DNA of 32,075 bases from a virus. Taxonomy: Duplodnaviria > Caudoviricetes. The translations under genes were made by a program, and so were the position numbers. A model generated the notes under the pieces. That model did no database searches and was not told the origin of the DNA. It worked only from the letters and a program-made list of their open reading frames with translations. The stretch is from positions 1 to 32,075 of the IMG/VR virus record IMGVR_UViG_3300038316_000066. One strand, written 5' to 3'. Below, in pieces: positions 25,646 through 32,075 of the stretch (position 1 is the stretch's first letter; the number at the start of each line of letters is the position of its first letter).

Positions 25646-25668
25646 CGGGTACCATCCTTTCACGCGTT

Positions 25669-25968
25669 TTATTTATCTAATTCTTTGTAGTTTTCACGCG
25701 GAAGCTCAAGCTTCAGCTCTCCGACTACAACTTTATCGATATGTTCCCAGAAAATTTCATCTTTCGCAGCTTCATCCGCAAGCCTCATCATATCTCCGAG
25801 AAAGTCTGCTGTGCGGTCATGGCCGAAACCGAAACGCTCATGCAGAGCTACGATTGACAGCTTCACATACCGCATGAAGTTATCATTCTGGACACTGTCA
25901 TCATATTCTTTCACAGTGGTCTTCTCACGGCGCGTTAAACGCTTTGAAGCCGGGATATGGGCTTTCAT
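25669..25968 (-). CDS. Hypothetical phage protein
   Basis: GGAGG RBS; ALHE.FGFG..R motif common in Clostridia phages; ATGA overlap with rusA. Confidence 0.7.
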   Translation of the reverse strand: MKAHIPASKRLTRREKTTVKEYDDSVQNDNFMRYVKLSIVALHERFGFGHDRTADFLGDMMRLADEAAKDEIFWEHIDKVVVGELKLELPRENYKELDK

Positions 25969-26396
25969 TTCTTTACCTCCCACAGTCTAACTCCCGTCCG
26001 CGGTTCACCTGCATATTCTTTGGCCATCTGCACCTGGACGATCTGCGCATCGTCACGGTAGGCAATGCCATTGAGTGCATCGCAGATAATCTTCACGATG
26101 TTGTCGCAGTCCGGCTTCTTTGCAGGCTTGATGCTACCAGCCAGCATGGCCGCTTTCACGCGTTTGCTTTTGCTTTTCGGAATCGGATACCGGGCGGTAA
26201 TCGCCACGGCAATCTGCGCATCGTCGGCAAACTTAAACCCATTGGCAGCAGCCTGCCACCGTGAGCGCGTAAGTTCCTCGTAGCGAACCGTCTTGTCTGG
26301 CGTGTATGTAACGCTGGCGCCCGTTTTGATTCGTACCACCTTTGGCCTCGCCTTACCCTGCGGTGGGCCGGGAATCGTAAAATTTATCATGTTCAT
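25965..26396 (-). CDS. rusA: Holliday junction resolvase RusA
   Basis: PG.PQGK.RP and KPD.DNI.K.I.DALNG.AY.DD.QI catalytic motifs. Confidence 0.92.
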   Translation of the reverse strand: MNMINFTIPGPPQGKARPKVVRIKTGASVTYTPDKTVRYEELTRSRWQAAANGFKFADDAQIAVAITARYPIPKSKSKRVKAAMLAGSIKPAKKPDCDNIVKIICDALNGIAYRDDAQIVQVQMAKEYAGEPRTGVRLWEVKK

Positions 26397-26572
26397 GCCT
26401 GTTTCCTCCTAATTTTAACCGGCCGGACAACGGCTGGTGCCTTCTCAATCAACCGGATACACTCATCAATCGCCTTGTCCCATCCGTCGGCCCAGGAACC
26501 ACGTTCAGCGCCGCATCCGCCGATGGCATTAACCGCGTCCCACAGTTTGCGGGCATCAATCAGCTTCCTCAT
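26393..26572 (-). CDS. Small hypothetical phage protein, 59 aa
   Basis: AGGAGG RBS; MRKLIDA..L...I..AP.V pattern; ATGA overlaps on both sides. Confidence 0.7.
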   Translation of the reverse strand: MRKLIDARKLWDAVNAIGGCGAERGSWADGWDKAIDECIRLIEKAPAVVRPVKIRRKQA

Positions 26573-27351
26573 GCCTTCCGCCTCCTGTAGTCTGCGGCAG
26601 TAAGCGCCACAGCCTGGTAATGGTCGGAGCATAGCCGGCTGTACGCGCGGTCGCCGCAGGTCTGCCGCAGCTCCCCATCCGTCAGCATCAGATTGCTCGT
26701 GATGATGGTCGGCTTGTTTTCGCGGTACCGCTCGTCCAAAATGATAACCAGTTCCTTCCGGGTCCAATCGCTTGCCTTCTCTGCGCCGAGGTCATCCAGG
26801 AGCAGTACCTGCGCCATGATTGCCTTGTCAAGAATCCGCATCTGCTCGCTCTCCTCTGCATGGCCGTACATCATCAGCTCCAGCTGCTGCGGGACGTTCC
26901 AGTAAGCAGCATGGTACCCGTCTTCCAGCGCGCAGTTCAGGATTGCACAGCCGAGATGCGTTTTCCCGCATCCCACGGCGCCCATCAGGATAAGGCCTTT
27001 CCCTGCGTGCCAGTTTGCTTTACGGTTCAGCAGGTAATCTTTCACGGCCTCATATGCTTTCTCGGTTCCCGAGCGGCGTTTGTATCCTCTGAGCGTGGCG
27101 CCCTCAAACATGTACGGAATTTCCGCCCACTTGCGGCGGTGCTGCCGGGTTTTTCCCCGGTTACGTGCCTTCTTGGCTGCATCTTCAGCCTTGATTTCAG
27201 CATCCCGGCAGGCACATGGCCGCTTGAACTCAACGAGCTTGCCGCCCATCCGGATTTTGACCGCGTAGATGTGCTCGCCGCAATTCGGGCAAATTTCTCC
27301 AGTGTCGTAAACGTCTGGTCGGGATAATACTTCTTCACTCATCGTGTTCAC
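26569..27351 (-). CDS. DnaC/IstB-like AAA+ helicase loader
   Basis: CPNCG...C.C zinc motif, Walker A GAVGCGKT, Walker B LLLDDLG.E, RY....PTIITSN, sensor SRL. Confidence 0.9.
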   Translation of the reverse strand: MNTMSEEVLSRPDVYDTGEICPNCGEHIYAVKIRMGGKLVEFKRPCACRDAEIKAEDAAKKARNRGKTRQHRRKWAEIPYMFEGATLRGYKRRSGTEKAYEAVKDYLLNRKANWHAGKGLILMGAVGCGKTHLGCAILNCALEDGYHAAYWNVPQQLELMMYGHAEESEQMRILDKAIMAQVLLLDDLGAEKASDWTRKELVIILDERYRENKPTIITSNLMLTDGELRQTCGDRAYSRLCSDHYQAVALTAADYRRRKA

Positions 27352-28229
27352 TTCCCAAAATTTTTATAGCGGTTCGGGTCGGTCAGGTCAGGCCCCGTAT
27401 TCGGCGGTGCCTTGGCTTTCCGGTCCTCATTCTGCAGCACGCTGCGCACGTAGGGCGCTGACCTCCCCTGACATCGTGCCGCCTCGTCAATCGCGTCCAG
27501 GATACGCTGCACCGGATAATCCCGGTAGAGTTCCGACAGGACACTGCCGTCCTTGGCCGATGGCATCGGGTTAATCTTGGCTTCGAAAGCCTGACAGATA
27601 CATCCGAAATCCGTCCCCGCCCCGGCATCGTGTCCGGTGTCCTCTACCGTAGGAGAAGATGGGGTATTATTATCACTAAGCTTATCTTGGTTTGGTTTGG
27701 TACTGGTACTGGTTATACCCGCGCGCGGGTTACGGCTTTCTGCTCTGGACATTGTACGGACATTCCTTGGATTGTCCGCGGACTGTCCGCGGACATTTGG
27801 CGGACATCTTTCGGACACGTCCGGAGTTTTTGTCTGTTTTTCTTTGGACTGCCCGTGCTTTCTTGCCTGGCGTTTCCGTTCCGCGTCCTTCCTCTTTTCG
27901 GATAATTTGCTTGTATAGTCCGGCCAGTCATGCAGACGGTATGTACCATCATCAAGCCGATCCAGCCATCCGCACTGCACAAACGCCTGAGCTAAATCCC
28001 CCGCTTTCTTCGAGGGCCAGTCCAGCGCAAGGGCAATTCCCTCATCGCCAATGGACTTCAGGCGGCCGTCCTCATCTGCACAGCTTAGGCCCCACGTCCA
28101 CAGGTCAACCAGGATTCCGACTGCTTCCCTACGGCTGACTTTCAGCGCCTGCGCAAGGGCCAGCGTCTTCGGATGCCGAGGCATTTCCTGATGCAGTTCA
28201 ATCCATATGCTGTTTAGCAAATCATTCAC
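27348..28229 (-). CDS. Phage replication initiator (N-terminal wHTH, C-terminal DnaD-like)
   Basis: WI.L......HPK, G.L..LW.W, LHDW.DY, AERKR..R; C-terminal AI.EA.....S..YV..VL; internal iterons; upstream of the DnaC-like gene. Confidence 0.8.
   Translation of the reverse strand: MNDLLNSIWIELHQEMPRHPKTLALAQALKVSRREAVGILVDLWTWGLSCADEDGRLKSIGDEGIALALDWPSKKAGDLAQAFVQCGWLDRLDDGTYRLHDWPDYTSKLSEKRKDAERKRQARKHGQSKEKQTKTPDVSERCPPNVRGQSADNPRNVRTMSRAESRNPRAGITSTSTKPNQDKLSDNNTPSSPTVEDTGHDAGAGTDFGCICQAFEAKINPMPSAKDGSVLSELYRDYPVQRILDAIDEAARCQGRSAPYVRSVLQNEDRKAKAPPNTGPDLTDPNRYKNFGK
27746..27825. repeat. Iteron array (putative replication origin) inside the initiator gene
   Basis: GGACA/CGGACA and its complement TGTCCG repeated at ~11-bp spacing (e.g. 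27757, 27790, 27801, 27812). Confidence 0.7.
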
Positions 28230-28235
28230 CGCCTT

Positions 28236-28940
28236 TCACAGGACTTCAGCAGGCACGCCGGACGCGCGCTGAACTTCACGCTGGAATAATTTCTTGTCTC
28301 CGTTCCTACTTGACATGTGCAGAAGATAAATCCTGTCTGCTGCCGAAAGGTCTGTAACTTTCAGGAACTCAAGCAGATGCTCCAAGCTGAAATGGCTTCT
28401 CAGCAGCCGTTCCCTCTGTGATTCAGGCACAAGCCCTGACTTGATGTTTTCACGTAGAACCGGCAGGCTGTAGTTGCATTCAAGCATGAACACATTCACG
28501 CCTGAAAACCGGTATTTGATGTAATAGGTATCCGTTGCAAACAGCAGCTTTTCATTTGTCACTGTGGATTCCATCAGGAACCCTACCGGTTCTTCCGCGT
28601 CATGCTCTGTATCAAACGGCAGGACTATCCACGAACCGACAAGCAGTTGGCTCAGCGCCCTTATCGTATGAATTCGGAACGGATAGCGGATTTTCAGCAT
28701 GTGCTGCGTGCCAGCCGTCATATAAAGGTCAATCCCGCGCTCCGCTAATCCATCTGCACCCTTTGCATGGTCGCCATGCTCATGGGAGATAAGGCAGCCT
28801 GCGACGCGTGGCAGTAGGTTTAAATAACCTTCCATTATGCGCCGGGAGGGAAGTCCGGCTTCCAGGAAAAGCACGGACTCCCCATCGTCGACTGCATAGC
28901 TGTTTCCGGAACTTCCGGAACCCAATGCATAAACCTTCAT
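28236..28940 (-). CDS. MBL-fold metallo-hydrolase (YycJ-like nuclease)
   Basis: LGSGSSGN, SHEHGDH, HDA.EP.GF, ATDT, ECNY, SH.S and LLH.S motifs. Confidence 0.9.
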   Translation of the reverse strand: MKVYALGSGSSGNSYAVDDGESVLFLEAGLPSRRIMEGYLNLLPRVAGCLISHEHGDHAKGADGLAERGIDLYMTAGTQHMLKIRYPFRIHTIRALSQLLVGSWIVLPFDTEHDAEEPVGFLMESTVTNEKLLFATDTYYIKYRFSGVNVFMLECNYSLPVLRENIKSGLVPESQRERLLRSHFSLEHLLEFLKVTDLSAADRIYLLHMSSRNGDKKLFQREVQRASGVPAEVL

Positions 28941-28943
28941 AGT

Positions 28944-30077
28944 TTAGAACCCCACATCAAAAGTCTGCTGGCCGTTTTTCTCCTTCTGCTTTGCAGGCTG
29001 CGCAGCAGCTTTTTGCTTCTGCGGATGTGCCTGGGCGGAAACCGCATTTTCTTCCGCCGGCTCTTTTATTTCTCCGGTCTCCGCATTAACCGTAACGCTC
29101 CTGCGCTGTGCCGGCTTCGGCAGGGAAGCCTTTTCAGGGCTTACGTCAACATCGATATATGTGCGGTTTGCGTTTTTGTGGACTTCATTTTCCACATGGA
29201 CCTCGGCCATTCTGGATTCGCGCATTTTCATGTACTGGTAATTGTCGTCTATTTTCTTCGGGTCGCGCGGAATGTGCTTTGCACTGTAGACTTCACGTTT
29301 GATAGTCTTAAGGCACATTTCCTCGAGCCAGCCTTCCTTTTCGACCTTCTGCCTTTTGCCGTCGACCCACTCCGTGGCTTCTCCACCCCAGAAATTGGCG
29401 GACGCGTATTTTGGCTTACGCTTTTCAATGTCATGCATCGACATCATAACGAGCTCGTTTTTCTCCGGGTCGCCATACTCGATATACCCGAAGCCGCCGA
29501 TTATTTTTCCGCGGTCAAACGGGTTGTTGATGCTGAATTCATAGCTTTCTATGTGGTGCTTGCTGTCCTTTTTAATCGGACGGAATGTGTCGCTGTCATA
29601 GACAAGCTCGACAATGACATTCTTCGGAGGAGTAACGGCGTATTTTTCTGCAATGTAGCGGATTCCGTTGTAGCCTGGCATAAGGGTTATGTCATATTTT
29701 TTGGTCTTGTTGTTTTTATATGGTATCTGAAACAGGTGGTTCTCCTGCATCATGTCAAGCCCCATGCGGGCATAATGGACGATATCCAGCGCAAGGTCGT
29801 TGAGGTTCACGTTATCCCATATCACCTGCAGGTCATTATCATACTTATGGTCGCTGTTCGACTTGTTTTTCCGCTGGCGCTCGTCCTCGGCCATTTTCAG
29901 TGCACGGTCAATGGCGATAAAATAGCCCTGAATCAGCTGGCGCTGGTAATCCGTGACCTGGGGCGCGCCGACCGTGCCGCCGAATTCTTTCATGACACGC
30001 GCTGTAAAGCGCTCGCTTGCACATATCGCCTTGACATCTGGATTTTTCTGCTCCACTGGTCTAACATTTTCACTCAT
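28944..30077 (-). CDS. recT: RecT-family recombinase
   Basis: GLD......IPY, GY.G, ELVY..D.F, RG.I.GGFGYI, W.EEM..KT..R; paired with the MBL nuclease and ATPase genes. Confidence 0.85.
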   Translation of the reverse strand: MSENVRPVEQKNPDVKAICASERFTARVMKEFGGTVGAPQVTDYQRQLIQGYFIAIDRALKMAEDERQRKNKSNSDHKYDNDLQVIWDNVNLNDLALDIVHYARMGLDMMQENHLFQIPYKNNKTKKYDITLMPGYNGIRYIAEKYAVTPPKNVIVELVYDSDTFRPIKKDSKHHIESYEFSINNPFDRGKIIGGFGYIEYGDPEKNELVMMSMHDIEKRKPKYASANFWGGEATEWVDGKRQKVEKEGWLEEMCLKTIKREVYSAKHIPRDPKKIDDNYQYMKMRESRMAEVHVENEVHKNANRTYIDVDVSPEKASLPKPAQRRSVTVNAETGEIKEPAEENAVSAQAHPQKQKAAAQPAKQKEKNGQQTFDVGF

Positions 30078-30979
30078 AATGATTCATCCTCACTTTCATT
30101 TGTTCCCGGCTGCTCATCCATGGAAGGCTTGTCCTGTCCTTGTTGTCCATCCTCCTGATATTTCTCAACGACTCCGGTCTTCCCGTCCACTGTGACTGTG
30201 CCGCCGGATGTTTCATCTTCGGGCTGCATCTCATCAAAATTCATCTGGTGTTCGCGGTCGGATGGAATGACTGGATTACCCTGGGCGTCGAACTGCAGTT
30301 CCACCGCATCGCCGGTGACTTTTTGCGGCTTCATGGTTAGATTGATTTTTCCGGACACAGCCCCGCCGAAAATGTAGCTGCCGCTGTTGTCTTCAAAAGT
30401 GACCTTGATGTTGATTTCTCCGTCATGCTGTTTTTTTGCATGGAGCATGGCAACAAAGCGGTTCAGCGCGGTGTTTGCCGGGGCGATGATGTAGTCAAAT
30501 TCGTCCCCGCGCAAATCAAGCGGATCACCGGACACTTCCTCGGGCTTATTTTCCGGCCCGTCTTCGTTATCCTCACTGTCCCCGCCGGAAGCATTCCTCC
30601 AATCGCAGGTTTGCGGCGGCGGCTCTGCGCCATCGTCCGCGGAATTGTCATCATCATCCCCCTGTTCCATTTTTGGGGTAACATCCGCAGGTGGAACAGA
30701 TTCTTCATTTTTTGCCGGAATATCGGCAAATGTCTCCTGTCCCATTTCCGAGCCGCTGTCCATGGTGGAACTGGGCTCCAGTTTTCCATTTTGCCGGGCG
30801 TATGTATCCAGCGCTGCCTGAGCCGCCTCAAAAGTGCTCCCGGATGCAACCGGGGAAAAGATGCTCGGCTTTACAAACTGGTCTTCCGTATCGCGGCAAA
30901 AGGTGAAGAATTTCCCTGTTTTATCTGGCGCCACATAATAAACATAAACACCGTCCGTGTATTTAACGGCTGTAGTCAT
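30074..30979 (-). CDS. Acidic two-domain hypothetical protein
   Basis: 301-aa ORF with ATGA overlaps on both sides; D/E-rich linker and tail. Confidence 0.7.
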   Translation of the reverse strand: MTTAVKYTDGVYVYYVAPDKTGKFFTFCRDTEDQFVKPSIFSPVASGSTFEAAQAALDTYARQNGKLEPSSTMDSGSEMGQETFADIPAKNEESVPPADVTPKMEQGDDDDNSADDGAEPPPQTCDWRNASGGDSEDNEDGPENKPEEVSGDPLDLRGDEFDYIIAPANTALNRFVAMLHAKKQHDGEINIKVTFEDNSGSYIFGGAVSGKINLTMKPQKVTGDAVELQFDAQGNPVIPSDREHQMNFDEMQPEDETSGGTVTVDGKTGVVEKYQEDGQQGQDKPSMDEQPGTNESEDESL

Positions 30980-31326
30980 TGCTTTGCCTCCTGCTCGATA
31001 TGGAGCTGTTCGGTTAGCGTTGCTATAAACTCACCGTTGGTGGGATGGTCATGGCTGGCATTTGTCGTGTAGCCGAAAATCTTCTGAAGGGTATCAAGGT
31101 CACCGCGGCTCCATGCCACTTCAATCGCGTGACGGATTGTCCGTTCAACACGGGAGGCAGTCGTTTCTTCGCGCCTTGCAATATCCGGGTACAGCCGCTT
31201 AGTGACCGCATGAATATAGCTTCCGTCGCCATAGCACAGCTCCAGTGCATCTTTCAGGTAGGCATACCCTTTGATATGAGCCGGCACACCGACACGGCGG
31301 AGCAATCCAACAATTTCAGGGTTCAT
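30976..31326 (-). CDS. Stand-alone Spo0A C-terminal DNA-binding domain
   Basis: GVPAHIKGY.YL..A, TK.LYPDIA, TTASRVERTIRHAIEVAWSRG and PTN.EFIA; no receiver domain. Confidence 0.92.
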   Translation of the reverse strand: MNPEIVGLLRRVGVPAHIKGYAYLKDALELCYGDGSYIHAVTKRLYPDIARREETTASRVERTIRHAIEVAWSRGDLDTLQKIFGYTTNASHDHPTNGEFIATLTEQLHIEQEAKQ

Positions 31327-32075
31327 ACTGTTTCCTCCGTCCTCAGTGCCTTGTCTTTATCGGACACATAAAGGCTGATGGTCTGCGCTGCAATCTTCAT
31401 GGGATGGCATACGCTCTCGGCGTCATCGTGCCAGACCGGCATCACAAGGCCCATCTTCCGGCCGAGAGTATCAACAATATCGAGCCCTGCGTTTACTTTT
31501 TCAGATTTGCTGAGGCTGCCATAATCTTTGCCATCTACCTGCGCTTCGCAGCAGGCTTTCACACCGCCATTGACCTGCATCTCAAAGAGTTTCCAGCGGA
31601 CTGTATGGAAAGAACCGTTGACTTCCGCTTCCACATCTGCCGCTTTCAGCTGCACAAAAAGCTCCGCAAGGTGGATCATGCTGTCAAGCTGGGCAAGGCT
31701 GATTCCGAGTTTTTTCTGCTGCCCCTTGAGTTCCGCAATTCTGGCGTCCTGCCTTTTAATGAGTTCGGCATCTGCCTGCTCCCGCTGGATTTCATTTATT
31801 TCAGATTCAACCGGTGCGAGCTTTGCCTGAAGGCCCTGTATCTGCGCATCGGCTTCATGCCCGGCAGCGTACAGTCCTTTCTGCATTGCTTCAATTTTTG
31901 TGAGCCAATCGGCATACTCTTTTGTCTCCTCCCATGCCGGCGGCGTGACAAGCATCTTCTGCAGGCCCTTAATTTTTTGCTGCATGTGGTCAATCTCGAG
32001 TTTCACTTCTTTAATGTTCTGCTCAGCCTCATCACGGCTTTTTGTAAGCCTGCCGAGCTCCTGCACCATTTCTTT
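31323..32075 (-). CDS. SbcC/Rad50-like coiled-coil ATPase, C-terminal part (begins outside the window)
   Basis: Coiled coil followed by WKLF..Q.NGG, YGSLS.SEK.NAGLDI and PVW.DDAES (signature/Walker B-like). Confidence 0.8.
   Translation of the reverse strand, partial: KEMVQELGRLTKSRDEAEQNIKEVKLEIDHMQQKIKGLQKMLVTPPAWEETKEYADWLTKIEAMQKGLYAAGHEADAQIQGLQAKLAPVESEINEIQREQADAELIKRQDARIAELKGQQKKLGISLAQLDSMIHLAELFVQLKAADVEAEVNGSFHTVRWKLFEMQVNGGVKACCEAQVDGKDYGSLSKSEKVNAGLDIVDTLGRKMGLVMPVWHDDAESVCHPMKIAAQTISLYVSDKDKALRTEETV

Noticed and set aside
26393-26767. ORF-track 124-aa version of the small gene, and over-extended starts at 4865, 3913, 9219, 15209 and 24247
   Set aside because: Downstream starts have proper RBSs and gene overlaps; the extensions run into neighbouring genes or promoters.
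27746-27825. Short repeats considered as CRISPR or DGR elements
   Set aside because: Six-bp units at ~11-bp spacing inside the initiator gene fit iterons; no spacers, cas or reverse transcriptase genes in the window.
29013-30158. 381-aa plus-strand ORF, and similar long plus-strand ORFs such as 30425-31072, 12058-12528, 19971-20480 and 7149-7571
   Set aside because: Antisense shadows of well-supported minus-strand genes, with no RBS and no recognisable motifs.

Overview
The window is the central part of a temperate myovirus-type prophage of a Clostridia-like (Bacillota) host, almost entirely on the minus strand. Right to left: (1) a GC-richer early module (partial SbcC/Rad50-like ATPase, stand-alone Spo0A C-terminal domain, acidic hypothetical, RecT, MBL hydrolase, replication initiator with internal iterons, DnaC-like ATPase, RusA, ArpU/RinA-like late regulator); (2) a late promoter region carrying plus-strand morons and a degenerate tRNA; (3) an AT-richer virion module (terminases, DUF1073-type portal, MuF, DUF2213 protease/scaffold, decoration protein, DUF2184 capsid, neck, sheath, tube, frameshifted tail chaperone, tape measure, baseplate, spike-lysozyme, partial tail fibre). 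No integrase, repressor or lysis genes lie in the window. Most notable: a 3-TM membrane moron, with its own consensus promoter, inserted between the hub and spike genes, whose C-terminal tail matches a 15-aa segment near the C-terminus of this phage's tape measure protein (11/15 identical, synonymous sites diverged), a candidate mimicry-based superinfection exclusion system. Also notable: a portal fused to a putative RNase toxin with an embedded promoter and a downstream CPCC gene; a three-microgene cassette with a candidate antisense RNA; and several +1/nonsense lesions confined to late genes. Family assignments come from motif recognition by eye, not database searches.
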